A stretch of DNA of 64,000 nt from Octopus vulgaris (GCA_951406725.2 OX597816.1:96844001-96908000), one strand, 5' to 3'; positions 13,506 through 27,514 are shown, counted from the stretch's first letter. Made by a program: numbers and translations. The notes: a model not told the origin generated them from the sequence alone.

Positions 13506-13744
13506 GATATATATGTACATATATGTACACACACATATATATATGTATATATATATATATATAAATATATACAGACACACACACACATTCACATACATAT
13601 ACATGTATGTTTTACCTCTAACCTACTGAAAGGTATCCAGCAAAAGTCATGGACATTAGCTTTGTTCTATGAATAAAATACAAAGGAAAAGACTGATTGT
13701 CAACTCCAGCACAGACTTAATGTATTGATAAGTATATTTTATCT

Positions 13745-14101
13745 TTTATTTCTTATAGTCATTAGACTGTGTTGGGACACTTTCTTGAAGAATTACAGCC
13801 AAATGAATCAACTTCAGAACTCTTTGTTAAACCCTGGTACTCATCCTATCAGCCTTTTTTTTTTTTTGCTGAACTGCTAAGTTATGGTGACATAAACACA
13901 CCAACACAAGTTGTCTAGCAGTGGACAAACACACACACATATATGAAGGGCTTCTTTCAGTTTCCAAATCCACCCACAAAACTTTGGTTGGCCTGAGGCT
14001 ATAGTAGAAAATACTTGCCCAACCTGCCATGCAGTGAGACTGAACCTGAAATCATATGGTCAGGAAACAAATTCCTTACCACAGAGCCACACCTGCACCT
14101 A
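13745..14101 (-). mobile_element. tRNA-type SINE family B, older copy
   Basis: Same motif order as the 13100 and 54415 copies, with CpG decay. Confidence 0.75.
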
Positions 14102-14536
14102 TAAGTATATGCACAGTTTCTGTCTTAATCTTACGTAACTTCTCAGAAGTGCAGCATCAAATGTTCATGTTTCTTAACGCAGAATCTCAAAACAACTTGC
14201 AGAAGCCTCAAATGTAAAAAATTACACTTGAATACTAGCCAACAACAGAAGTTTTCAAATGTCATAGCATTATGAAAGTGGTCATATTCTATAAGCTGAA
14301 AAGGAGCTGGCAGCAAATTTGTAGTTTCTCAAAGTATATAAAAGGTATAGCTAGATTTCTGGGGGGGATTTTTCTTTATTACACCAGTTTATTCCTACTT
14401 ATTTCACAAGTTTTACTCTAGCATCTAGATTGATGACATTCCTTGTATATTTCAATGAGATAGACCTGCTATATTGCTGAGAACTATTTTATCAATATTA
14501 AACTGAATGTGAAGAAGAAAATAATTGTTTACTTAC

Positions 14537-14725
14537 TTCAAAGAATCCACTTAATGTAGCTACACTGAAAAATGGAACTTTACATGGTCCACTCATTGTA
14601 CAGATCAAGGAAAAGATATTCTCAAGGCTGTTAGATATAGTATGAATTGTATCCTTTGGTATTCCTGATGCCAAATCAATTATCATAGCAGTGGCTACAG
14701 AAGGAAAATAATCATACAGTTTGAC
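14537..14725 (-). CDS. M1AP: Internal coding exon of an M1AP-like (meiosis 1 arrest protein) gene
   Basis: 189-nt phase 0/0 exon bounded by ttgttttattaag| and |gtaagt. It encodes VKLYDYF...ISNSLENIFSLICTMSGPCKVPFFSV...FFE, similar from memory to vertebrate M1AP LCEALQNFFSLACSLMGPSRMSLFSL. Confidence 0.72.
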
Positions 14726-17700
14726 CTTAATAAAACAATGAAAGTTAATTAGATTAATTATAGAATGTGAAAACAAAAATCAAATAAAATATTGTATATG
14801 CAAAATTCAAAATATAAAGTTATGGAGTTAATAGTGAAAATAATTTACAAATGCAGGAAGAAATAAAATACACAGTTTATAGCCAACCTTACAAGGTTGT
14901 ATGATAGTATTGATTTCTTTTGACTAAGCTTATGTATAAGTTTTCAATAAACTAAAAAACTTAAAACAAAAGAAATGTTAAAATCATTCCCTGAAAGAGC
15001 TAAACACTTTGTAGAAACAAAATTAGAAATTGTTAAACTTTTATTTAGTACACTGACATTTTGTTTCAGACAAGTTGCCTTTCTAGGTAGTATTAGTACT
15101 AGTGAATTGATATTTTATTTATTTCACAATACCATTAGTTTATCAGAGATATCTGTACATGATCAAGTATATTGTCTCTGAGATATATGAAGAAATGTAT
15201 AGCCATATTCATATCTTTGTTAAAACCATTAGTAATGTAAGAGAATTGAAACAGTGATAAATGAGAAGCATGAGTAGATGAAAAACTTGTCTTAAATTCT
15301 ACATAAGGGTGTTCACTATAAGCATTAAAAATACATTTTGTAATCTCAAACCAGAAACAATATATTACATGGAAGCACAGTTATTTTTAACTCTGCTGTC
15401 TTTAAATTCAAATTAACATGATATCAATGAGGTAAACAGAATTTTATCAAACAGATGTTTTGGATAAAAATAAAAAGAACATGAAAGCAATAATAATTAA
15501 ACATTGATACTTGTTTCAAAAGATATTTGATTCATATATCAGAATCAATTAGAACACATTTTGCGTACATATTAAAAAAATCTACAACAAAATTTAATTG
15601 AAATATATTTTTGACAAGTGCTTAAATAATACAAAGTAAGCAAAATTATTTTTTTATCCTAATTTTCACTAGAAAGATAGAAAACTTGAAAGATAAGAAA
15701 CTGATTACCAGGATGCTGCCGAAATACTAATGAAGTAAGGGTGTTACCCTTCGAACTATTTGGTTGCTTACAGTTGCTTGACTGCATTTTAAAGTTTTCT
15801 CTTTTCATCAGGATAATTGACAAATTTCACTGTAAAGATGAAAAATGTGAATTTCTTCAATTGATTTTCTTTTAATGTAGGAAATAATTTCACAGCTTAT
15901 TTCAATTAATAGCATTCTAAGGATGAAAATTACACTTCAGGCACTTTTCATAAAATAAAATTATTACAGAAAATGATCAAGTGTTATTTAAATAGTGATT
16001 TTAATAATGAATGAATTCTTTTTAGAAATGATGTCAAAAAGTACAAAATTAGCCTGTAATTATTGTTGCTGGCAAGAAAGGCATCTTGTTAAATTTTCAG
16101 CAAATATTTGTATACCACTAAAACATGGATTGCATATACATCCATTTCATTTAGAGTAGCATTAAAAAAAATAGGTGTCAATGTGCTGGTAGTGGTATAG
16201 TTAGACTGTTGAAAAGTATGGATACATGTATTTAATTTCAAACAAACAAATTAAGTAGATATCTAAGTAGTTGGTGAAATAAGGATTTGGGTACTAGAAG
16301 AAAAGAAGAACTTTGAGAGAAGGTAAAAAACTCATTAATTACATTATTTAATTTGCAACAGACAGAAAAGTAAACAATTTCACAAACCAAGTGAATGTCT
16401 TTACACCCAACTCAGTCATAGATATACAAAAAGACAGCAAGGCTGCAGCTGGAATGCTTTTGATCATAGACTTGTTCTATAAGGACTGACTGGGCAGTAA
16501 ACTACAACAATATATCAGTGTCTCTACCGTATGAGGGTTGGCTGAAAAGATTATGGGCTTAGAAAGATACTCTTATAGAATGTAAGCAAATGAGGACAGG
16601 TGTTTCTTTGTCTCTGGCTCAGAGTGATGAAAGCAACACTCATCCTGGCTTAGGAAATGTTAAAAAAAAAACCCCAGCTCAATCTGCCTCAAACAATGTC
16701 AAATTTAAAACATACATATTACTTCAGGTAACACATGTGCAATAATATACAATAACTGGCCAAAGAGAAGTGTTCATGACCAGACTACAGCTTTTGTGCA
16801 TTGTGTAGATTCTGATATAAGAATTTGTTTTGAAGAAAATTCATATGAGTTGCCTTCGTTTTCTAATAACTATCAGTAAAATGAGTATTTTTTCATGAAA
16901 TTTTCTACAAATAGCTTTCAGAGTGTGGATTATGATTATATCAGAATTTAAATTGAAAAAGAATTGGTGAGACAGTACACATATATACTGATACACATCA
17001 CATGTATCTGCAAAATGAAACTTGAAATTTTGAAAAAATTTGTAATGAATTCGTATGTACGTGTGCATGCTCACTGTTTTTTGTTTTTTTTACACACAAA
17101 ATTCCTATATATTCATACTTTACACACTGAATAAATTCCAATATAATTAGAAGCTACACCATCTTAAGTGTAGTTGTAGAAATTTTCATTTAAAAATACC
17201 CATTTTTCCTTAAGTTATGAGGAAACAAAGCCAACACGTGAATTTTCTGAAAATCTTCACCCCACTCCTGCGAAAAATAGATTTTCATAACAAATTCCAA
17301 TATATACTGAAACTACACCATCTAAAGTGTATTTGTAGAAAATTTCATTAAAAAATATATATTTTTATGCAAGCTATAATGAAACAAAATTAGTGAGGCA
17401 CATTTATATATATATGCCTATTGCTTTAACATAAGTAATATTAAGATTACATTGCTATTTTTACATATCTGCTTGCTTTGCTTCACTTTCATTTTGTATG
17501 TGTCATTGTATAATTATATAGCAGCATTTTATATATAAACTAAGAATATCCTTCTATCATTCAGTTTACATAAAAAAAGGTGACAATAATGTGAATGAAA
17601 TAGGCTCAATTTTTCAATACACCTGTACGGAAATAGGATAATGATATCTACAAGGATATTGTGTTTCGTAATGAATACTAACATATTAAAACTGCAGCAT

Positions 17701-18149
17701 GTATATATAAATTCAATCGCAGAAGTCATTTTTCATTGCTATATGAATGACATTCTTTTAACATAATTGCATTATATCTTATTGCTCTAATTCATGTTTT
17801 CCGTTATTGAAGTTCAAGCTTCATTCATGTTGCGTGCCTTGTCAGCATTCTTCCCACATGCATACTTATGCATATACACTATAGGAATATATGATACAAT
17901 GATATCAAACCAATGTAAAACAAACTATCTTAAAGATTGCTCTTAAATGTGGTTTTGGTCATTTTGACTACTTGTTCTAGCATGTAAAACTGCTTGTTGA
18001 GGGCAGTTTCTCTTGTGTTTAAATGTACACTATTTTATATTGAGAATATGTTGTCTATTGACATTTTATACATGCTAGGCCACTGGTAATGAAATTTCTA
18101 AAAAAAACTCGCTACCCTATATTTTACGTATATTACAAGAGCAACAACA

Positions 18150-18960
18150 GAGAACTTGGGGATATTCCAATTCTACCAGGAGGAAGTTGAAGAGGCAAAA
18201 CATAAGCTCAAAGACAGTAAATCCCCAGGAATGGATAACATCCCATCAGAACTCCTAAAACATGGAGAGCCAAAGCTTCTCAAGGCACTAACAGTTACCT
18301 GTCAGTATGAGGAGATGAAACAGTGGCTAAAGGAGTGTATCCATTTAATAATGATATCCATTCCCAAGAAAGACAATGTTCTGACAGAATTATAGAACAA
18401 TCAGCTTAATTAGCCATCACAGCATGGTTTAGCTGAACAGACTTAAGGGGAAAGCATAAGAAGTCCTTGTAGAAGTACAGACAAGATTTAAGCACAAAAG
18501 TATTGTGGAGCAGATATTTAAAATCAGGCTGCTCACTGAGAAACATTTGCAGCTCCAGTCTGTCCTCTATCACAACTTCATCAATTTCAAACAGGCCTTT
18601 GGTCATGTTTCACATAATGGGTTGCAGCAAGTAACAAAGAAGTACATTGACATCAACCTCATCAAAATAATCTAAGCACTGTATGAAAACTTAAACAGTG
18701 CAGTTTTGAACAACATCAAAGAATTCTTTTAGGAAGCAGTGAAGTAGAATGAGAGGAGCTCATCACCAGACTGAAAAACTAATCAGGAATACAGAGGATG
18801 GAGATCAGCCCCAAAAAGAGCAAGATCTTATTTAATTGTAACAACCAGAACACAGCAACAAATATCATGCTGAATGGCAAGAGACTTGATGAAATGGACA
18901 CCTTCAAGTACTTAGGATACACTTTGACAGGATGGCAGATAAAGATATATATAATCATCA
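18150..18960 (+). mobile_element. Degenerate RTE/BovB-like reverse transcriptase fragment
   Basis: EEVEEAKHKLKDSKSPGMDNIPSELLK, IPKKDN, YRTISLISH, FINFKQAF and DTFKYLG, with internal deletions. Confidence 0.8.
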
Positions 18961-19834
18961 TATGCATGCTGAACAGCAAGATTCAATATGATATTTATTC
19001 TTAATACATTCCAGCAGATTCAAACAAAAAATGCTAATCACTGTTGTGTTTGTCACAGAAGAACAGCTTTTCTTTTACAATGGCTGTGTTCATAACACAT
19101 TTAATTCCCTAATACAAGGGATTCTGGGACACCAGTGTTTCAAAACGTTTGTCCTGTCAGTCAAAAGGAACTGGACCAATGAATCTGACAAGAGCTGATG
19201 GTTTTGTTTTTAATTTTGATAAAAGAAATTTTTGCTGATCTGTGTTGATAGCTGCCAACTGATAATAGATCTTCATATGCAGTGAACAGTAACATACAAA
19301 ATGAAGATTTGTATATTTTTTCTTACTATGCGAATATGCTAATCATTGTGGTGTTCATCACAGGTGAATAGCTTCTGCTTCACAAGTGTATTAATAACAC
19401 ACATTTCTTGTCTTCACAAATCCTCTGCATTCATGTCCTACAACTCACTGAACTTTTTCAGCAAGTTCTTACTCTAGCTACTATGCTTTCAGAACACCCA
19501 TTACAACAATTAAGTCCCCCTGGTAACAGAAGGTATCAATTATTTTTAGCAAACCATCTTGGTATTGGAGGGAGTTTGCTTTACATGTGCACTGAGTTCT
19601 TTCTGCCTTTGAGCAGCTACCGCATGCAAAATTTATATTTTCAGTTAGTCTGCAAGTGATCTTATTGCAACTCTTGTATGCCTATAGTTTACTCCTTGTT
19701 CACCACAAAGAATACTTACCTACCTACTATTCTTATACATACATATATTTACACACACACACACAAAACACACAAACACACATAAAAACACACAAAAACA
19801 CACACAAAGTTAAGGAATGGAGTACATAAGATCT

Positions 19835-19956
19835 AGGCTACATATGTTTCACAGCGAGCAAAACCTCATCATCATCATTTAACATCCGCCTTCCATGCTA
19901 GCATAGGTGGGTTAAATAGTTAAGTGAGGTGTATAGTGCAGACTACTCTTCGGGCC
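19835..19956 (-). ncRNA. Type I hammerhead motif, interrupted in stem/loop II by a ~40-bp RTE tail
   Basis: ggc CCGAAGA gtagtc...[RTE tail]...gt GAAAC atat GTA gcc, with palindromic acatatgt stem III. Confidence 0.55.
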
Positions 19957-20129
19957 AAGGATATCTCGATTAAATGAAAGTTTACATTGTCACAAAGAAG
20001 TCCATTAACACATGGAAGATTCAATCAGAATGTGTAGTAGGAGAGGAGAATGTAAATGTAGAGAGAAATAAGGATTAAAAGAAGGAAAAAAGAAAAAATA
20101 TAAGGGAGTGAGAGGAATGAAGAATTTAA

Positions 20130-20500
20130 GCAAGATCATTTGAGTGGTAGTATTCAATGGGGTTATTTTGGCTGAATCACAGAAATTAGGAAGGGGAGTG
20201 ATATTTGAAAAAAAGATAATGTGAAGGGAAAAGGCTAGTAAAATATTTTTGATTGAGGGGGAGAAAAAGTGCGCATGAAGAAAGCAAGAGAGAATGAGGA
20301 AAGTAAGCATGGTCATTTGACCAGTAGTATTCAATAGAATTGTTTTGGCCAAATCACAGAAATTAGCAAGGGGAGTGGTATTAGAAAAAAATGATGTGGA
20401 AGGAAGAGGGTAGGGAAATGTTTTTGGTTTAAGGGGGAGAAAAAATATATATGCAAGAAGAAAGCAAGAGAGAATGGGGAAGAATCATGGCAGCTACTAC
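20130..20500. repeat. Two diverged ~175-bp tandem units inside the Penelope 3' region
   Basis: tcatttga..gtagtattcaat..ttttggc..aatcacagaaattag..aagcaagagagaatg occurs twice. Confidence 0.75.
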
Positions 20501-22948
20501 TGGTTTTCAATTGATGAATGTATATTGTGTGCAGTGAGCATTTACAGTATGGAGTAGTAGAGGTGTATGTTGACATATGTAATTGTAAGTTTATGAAGGG
20601 AGTGGGGTAGAAGGTTGGAGGAAAACATTTTTTAAATGCTAAGGAAAAATACAGAGAGAAGTATTTAAATGACAATATGGAATTAAATGGAAGAAACATT
20701 GTTGGTTTAGAATAAAGTAGTAGTGAGGGTAGATAAGAGGGAGAATTTATGAAGGCTAGGGGAAAAGGCGGGGCAGGGTTGTTGCTATTTGCATATTGAG
20801 AATGGATTTAGTGATCGATGTTTGCAGGTAAAAATTATACTGCTGCATTCATTAGGCAATGCGTGGATTGCAAGATAGTTAAGACCTCAGCTATGCAGAG
20901 ATCACACTTGTTATTATAGCTGTTGTATAGGCTGATGTGGGTGACTATGGACCACTTGAGAGTGCAAGGAGTTGAATCAATCTTTAGTTTATTGGTAAGC
21001 TGAGATAATGATGTCCTGCTGAATTTCATTTGTGACTTGAAACTGTAGTGGTTGCTCATTCTAGCTTTGAGGTGGTGCTACATGAGCCAATATATATGTA
21101 ATTATAGTTGGCTGTTGATACTGTACACTTATTAATAATATTTTTTGTGAGACAGCGGTCATCTAAAGGACAAGAGGTTGGGCATCTGAAGCTGCATAGT
21201 TTTGTAGGGGTACCCCAGGTGAACTTGTGAGGGGATTGCTATTTAGTGAGGAACTGGTGTTAGGCTTGTTATTATGGCTGGCATAAAGATTAGAATTTGT
21301 TAAGATGTTGAGGGTAGTGTTGTGGGGTTGTATAATACGATAATTATTATGCCTGGTGATATCTTCTGTGTCATTCTCTATTTTTGCAAGAGGTATAGTT
21401 AGGTGTTGTGGTAAATCAAGGATCAGGTATTAGTAGTGGAATTATAGTTGGAGTTACAAGGGTTATGTTGTTGAGGGGAACAGTTAGTATTTTGGGTTAG
21501 ATGTATGGTGCTGGGGGTTGAGTTAATTTATTAGGGTGGAGATTAGCTGGTTGTGGAATTCTGAGTGTTTTTGTTGTTAAGATCTCAAATAACTCCAGCA
21601 ATGTTGGTGGTGGTGCAGTAGGACAATTTAATAGCTTGGGGGTTAAATATTTTACTAAGGGGGCTAGATTTAGGGAAATGTTTTTCGAGTAGGGCAAAGA
21701 AGAGTTTAGGTACTCAAGTCTGAACATTAAGGACAAAGGGGTGGGGTGGAACCAGATAACGTCTAAGTTCTTGTACTTTTAATCTGATTGTGGGGGGATA
21801 ACTTGGTGGGGATAGGGTTTTGGAGGTGTATTCTGGTGCCTGTTTTGGTGGGTTGTGATGTATATAGGAGTTGGGGGTCATCTAGTAGGAGGGTTATTTG
21901 TTAGGTCATCTGTTACTCCGAAATTTGGATGGGTATTGGAGGAGTGGAACAGGGGGGAATTTTACGTTTACTATATGGGGGTGCAGAACTGGTTTCAGTT
22001 CCAGGTTTAGTGGAGAGAGGAATATCTCTCATGGGGATGTATTCGATTGAGTTTCTATATCCGGCACACTGTAAGGCACAATTGTAACATTCAGCATATT
22101 GTTTGAATAAATCTTTATTAACAGACAGTGAGGAGATCTGGTAGGAAACGCTTTCCACAATAGATCTTAGGATGGAGTGGGTAGGGTTGGAGGAGAAGTT
22201 CATGTAATAGAGGTTTTCCTCAAGTTTGTGGTATGGGTAGAAGGTTTGGTTTTGCAAGTCTAGGGTTACATCCAAGAAATTAGCAGCTTTGATGTTGTTA
22301 CAGAAAGAAATGCCAAAGCCAACATTTGGAAAAAAAAACTTCTTAACCTTTTTCTAATCTGTTCAATTATCCATTTGCTAAAATTTTGGATTGGGAACAA
22401 CGCATCATCACTGGTATATACCCCCAGGGATGTTAGGGAATTGTTCATGGAGATCGTTAAGTAGGTAATGCCCTACAAGGTCCATAATTTGGGACGAGTT
22501 ACTAACCCTATGGAGATGTAGTAAAAGTTGTATGTATTCCTGCCAGCCCAGGATTTCCCATTCAACAGTATGATATTTTGGCAGACTGCTAATATTATAT
22601 CATTATGGTTACAAGATAGGCTAGAATGTTTTTTTGGCAAAGATTAGGGTCTTATTTAGATGAACAGGTGATATGCTGGAGTAGTATTGATCAATGCCAA
22701 CTTAAATTTAAAGGTGTGCTTAGGGTATTGAGATTTGAACCACTAGATAGCTTCAGTGGTTTTGGTCCAAAGTTTTAATGTAGATGTGGTGGAAAGTTGG
22801 GGTATTATCCAATCAAGTATAATTTTGCTGATCATACTTATATTAGATTTAGAGGGGTAGATGAGGCAAATGGGGGGGAGGGGTCACTGTGAAGTTTTCT
22901 TATATGGGGTGGACGAGGTGTAGAAGGTTTGGTCCTATCCTCAAGTCA

Positions 22949-23036
22949 TAGGCCTGAAGTGTAACCTGCAGTATACATCTCACTTGGATATTTACCACTT
23001 CTGAGGTTCTGCTTGCAATGAAATATATGTAGCCTG
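22949..23036 (+). ncRNA. Degenerate type I hammerhead motif in the inverted pLTR
   Basis: aggc CTGAAGT ...long stem II... GAAAT atat GTA gcct. Homologous to the 19835-19956 copy; the joint consensus is CTGAAGA/GAAAC/GTA. Confidence 0.55.
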
Positions 23037-23267
23037 AATCTTATCTACTCTATTCCTTTATACATGTATTCTTATTTGCACACCCAGCAACCCTGGTCAC
23101 CTACTGTAAAATATAAAGAGAACTTTTTTCAGTTTATTGTACTGTGATACAAAAAAATCCACAACCTTCAATCTCAATAAACCACTATTGTCCCTGAAAG
23201 TTGTTTTCTATATTTACTATGGATTGCTTGAAGCTAACTTTCTTCTTGCACCTCGATCCCTGGATCT

Positions 23268-23309
<42 letters not shown>

Positions 23310-23479
23310 GCATGGCTATTTCCCTGTTGGTACCAGGGTCCTGTCTTCTTTCACATTTACTAATATTTTATTCTTTCCTAAATTTACTTTGAGGCTCTTG
23401 ATTCAAGGTTTTATTTCCATGAATTTCTTTTTCAACTTTATTACAGTTTCATCTATAAGAATTATTATAAACAGAAAAG

Positions 23480-24060
23480 GATGAGGATGCCCTGTTTCAT
23501 CCCTACCCACACACGAAATTAATAACTGTATTCATTACAAACTCCCAATTTGTTGACTGCATTTATGTACATAGCTTGCACAGCTCTTACAAGCCACTCA
23601 TCAACTCCAAACTTCCTCAATCACAACTAGAATACAGAGCAGAGAACACTACCCAAAGCCTTTTCTAGGTCAACAAAAGCCAAGTATTGTGGCTTATTTC
23701 TGGCTATATGCTCCTCCTGCAACAGTAGACAATATCAGTAGTACTTCTTGGCACTAAACCAAACTGCATCACATCTATGTTAATTCATCTCCTAATCAAT
23801 TGTGTTGGAACACTTTCTGTAACCTTCATAACCTGGTCTAACTGTGTAATATTTCTGTAGATTTCTCTAATGCATTGCCTTTGTCTTTATAGCTGTTAAA
23901 TAATTATACTGCAATGCCAGTCATTAGGTATGATACCCTCCTGTAATATCTGATTCACTATGTTGGTTTGTAACCCATATCGTACATTGTCAAATATTTT
24001 AAGTATTTCATCAGGCATTCCTGGAGGACAGAGTGCCTTCATATCTTTAATCACCCATAC
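23480..24060 (-). mobile_element. RTE-clade RT fragment
   Basis: Minus strand reads QFGLVPRSTTDI and NKPQYLAFVDLEKA. Confidence 0.75.
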
Positions 24061-25439
24061 TGCTTATCAACATTCCTCAAAAAGCAAATGGTGAAGCAAT
24101 AAAATCTCTACAAGACATTTAGTAACACATTTTCTATTCAAAACTCTACAAAATTACATAGCAATTAGGTAAGATATAGAGCTGGGATGTGATAGAAAAT
24201 AAGATGGATCTTCATCTTATCTCATCTTTGATTAAAAGGCTCTCTCAATGAAATGTATAATTTTAGATTAATTTTGGTCAAACACATCTATAATTCAAGT
24301 AACTGAAAATATAAAACAAAATTTTATCACATAAATTTATATATAAATCTATATTTGACAGGTCAAATTGTTCTTGCTTATGAAACATAACAAAAATATC
24401 TAAAAGAAGATGATATAAATCTTAATGATAAATTTCATCTTCAGAATTTAACTTCTACAATATATTTATACAGAAACATACAGACATAGACGAAGTGACC
24501 CAACCCTACATACACACACAACTTATTGGAATTTGCAATATATTATATTGATATCGTATTACAGTACTTCAGTCACTATAACAAATTCACTTCTTCCTCA
24601 AATTCCTAAACAAAAGATCTGCCAAGATAAAAAGCCACTTCAAAACTAATGTCCTAATCTTATTCTACTCAAGTATGCTCTCAAAAAATATCTTCAGTAT
24701 GAATTGTTCTAAATAAAATGAATTGTTCACAACACTTTAAACTAATTCATACCATCCACCTACTATGGCTTACACTAACTATACAAGTTATCAAAACCAA
24801 TATACTGTAATTAAAGTTTTAAATTTGTAAGATGAAATCTTTCCAATAGAGTATGTTATAGTATATTCAATTCTATCTTAATTATTTCTCTTCTCTCAAA
24901 GAAAAAGAAAAAAAAGACTAGACTATGTTTGTTAATCACCACAAAAATGTATTAAAAGTCAATTAGATATATTTGAAACTATCTAATTACTTGGTAGCTG
25001 CTGATAAGGAAAGAACACAGTTTTGTAAGTAAATAGATATAAATATACAATTTACCCATAAAATATATGCTGATTTTTTAAATATCTTAGATACTGGAAA
25101 GTTATTGCTCTAATAAAATACATTTTAAAATTTCAAGTCTAAAACTAATTATTCTGATGAATACATAAATCTGCTACATGTGAAGAGAGAGAGGCAAGTT
25201 CCTATTATCAGAATCTGTGACTCGCTTCTGATTGCTGTTTGAAATGAAGTCAACTTAAACTATCTCATTTACTTGCACTAAAATGCTATGTTCTTGCATC
25301 CAATTAAACAGAAAATTTCATTTAGTACTTTTTAATATATATTGCACAAACTGTAATCTGCATGTTTGGAAGAAAGGATAGAATAAATATAAGACATTAT
25401 AAGGTACATGAAAAAAATTATTAGGAAAATTACTGTTAC

Positions 25440-25472
25440 TCGGGAAAGAGAGTAGTTGACTGAACCAATCAT
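25440..25472 (-). CDS. Candidate start-codon exon (exon 25440-25542) for the M1AP-like gene
   Basis: Acceptor atattttattctag|, an upstream in-frame stop, ATG-IGSVNYSLSR, then a phase-0 donor |gtaaca compatible with the 14725 acceptor. The donor is weak, so this is speculative. Confidence 0.3.
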
Positions 25473-26299
25473 ATTTTATTGATACTTAAAGACAAATTTA
25501 GAGGGTCTGAACTCAGAGCAACCAACTTTCTCAAACTGATTTCTAGAATAAAATATGCAACAATAAAAGCGACAATATTAGAAAAATTAGAAATGTAACC
25601 CATGTCATCTTCTGTATTTACTAGGAAAAAATATTTGATACAACAACGCATTAAATATGATGACACCTACTCATGTACTGTTGTTGTTGAGCCCCAGATC
25701 AGCCCCGATTGAGCAGACCTATGGTATGCTTAATTAGGGATGAGCTGGTTCTCAGGTGAAGGGATAATCCTAGCTGGATTGATTGAGCCTAACTGATCAA
25801 GGTTGATCTGTCAGGCAAAATCATTCCAGTCATGGCTATCTCTTCTTTTCACCATGCAGTATACTCAGGACCACATTATGCAATGTGTCCATTCTTAAGG
25901 TGGCAGGATATGATTTGAAGGCAATCAGGCTGCTATTTATAGTAAAGCAAGTTATCTTATAGAAGTACCCTCTAATGCAGGTAATGTCTTAGAAATAATT
26001 CCTAAGTAATTTATGTGTTTTTTCTGTTATTAAATATACATTTTGTATATAGCAATTCATTCAGTACTACTGTGACAATTAATTGTGAAGCTACACTTCA
26101 TTATGTCTGGAATTATCTCCAATACTTGCCAACAAAATAAAATTAATGAAATTAATCATAAGATATTAATTTTTCTTTACTGTATATTTTATCATATCTT
26201 AGCTATGTTGATATCTGCTTACCTATTATTTCAATACTATTATACTAAGTCTAAGAAGAATTTACTATGTAGTTGCTTGACCTGCTAGAAATAATCCTT

Positions 26300-26490
26300 T
26301 CTGCTATAGGCACAAGGCCTGAAATTGGAGGAGGGGGATAGTAAATTACATCAACACCAGTACTCGACTGGTCCTTTTTCCATCGACCCTGAAAGGATGA
26401 AAGGCAAAGTCGACCACATGGAATCTAAAGGACAACATGCTTCTAAGCATTTCACCCAGTATGCTAACAATTCTGCCAGCTCACCTGCTA
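26300..26490 (-). mobile_element. Old SINE family A copy
   Basis: atcgaccctgaaaggatgaaaggcaaagtcgacc core and gctaacaattctgccagctc head. Confidence 0.7.
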
Positions 26491-27514
26491 GAAATAATAG
26501 CAAAGGTTACCTCGCTAGAAGGAGGTGGTATACAATAGATACTGCTAACTACAAGGTTCAATGATCTGCCATGCATTTCTAACATGTCTAAATTTAAATC
26601 CAACTGGAATGTGTTTGAGGCCATTTACATAGCTAGCAAAAATGAACTTATGTCTGTAGTCAACTTTGTGTAAGAATGTACCTAAATTCATTAGTATTTC
26701 TGGTGAGAATGGGCTGGTGTATGTGTGAATGTGTGTCCGATATGACTATGCTTAAACCCAGAGGGATATCTTTGAATTTGAATCTTTGCCTGTGTCCTGT
26801 CTGGATGGTACATCATGTGTTGATACCTCCACAGTCAGATGAATGAAAAGGAAGAGGACCAAAAAAAAAAAAAGAGAGAAAAAGAAAGAGAGAGATTGAT
26901 TGCCTTTTCATTTGTTTAATTCATTTTTTGCAATGAACAAAATATATTTAGTATTGAATACTGGAAACAATGTTGTGTATGAAAGCTATTAAGAGCATAA
27001 AAAAAGTACTTAGTTCATAAAGAATTAAGGAATTACATCTATGATGAATACATATAGTCTATGCAGTATCAGAAAAGTACATATAGAGTGTTTCATGTAT
27101 GTTGAACAGATTGTGCTTTTATTCTTTTTAAAGGTAACACTTCTGATTCCATCATGGATATTTTGTGATTCTGTCATGAAGTTCACTGACCATGAACTTT
27201 CAAATAAAAGAACCTAGGGATATGTTTCAAGCAGTTGTAAGAATTTGGCATACAAGCAGAATTTTTGTAATAAAGATAATTTCTAGCCCATTTCTTTTGC
27301 TATGTGACAGAGTCACATAATTTCAGTTAATGATAAGTAACTAAGTACAATTTGTCTCAGAATGTGTTTTCTACTTATTATTCCTATTGATGATGTTTAT
27401 CATTACAAAAGCATTATTGTTGTGAAATTTTGAGAAATAATTTGAAAATATGACCCTGAATCAAGAAAATTCTATGCAGATAGTGTCATGCTGGAGATCA
27501 TAAAATAAACAAGG

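Larger units (their letters stand above)
19811..23060 (-). mobile_element. Penelope-like element (RT and GIY-YIG pseudogene) with a 3' pLTR and an inverted pLTR at its 5' end
   Basis: Minus-strand GVYTSDDA, FLDVTLDLQNQTFYPYHK..YMNFSSN, CPLDDRCL, YIGSCSTT and LKWSIV..KCDLCIAE. Segments 19811-19960 and 22945-23060 are diverged inverted copies. Confidence 0.88.

Noticed and set aside
14124-14260. Possible next M1AP exon (FKCNFLHL, donor gtaaga)
   Set aside because: In-frame stop before the donor and no convincing acceptor.
16530-16560. Mariner-like TIR (tatgagggttggctgaaaag)
   Set aside because: No partner TIR or transposase found.
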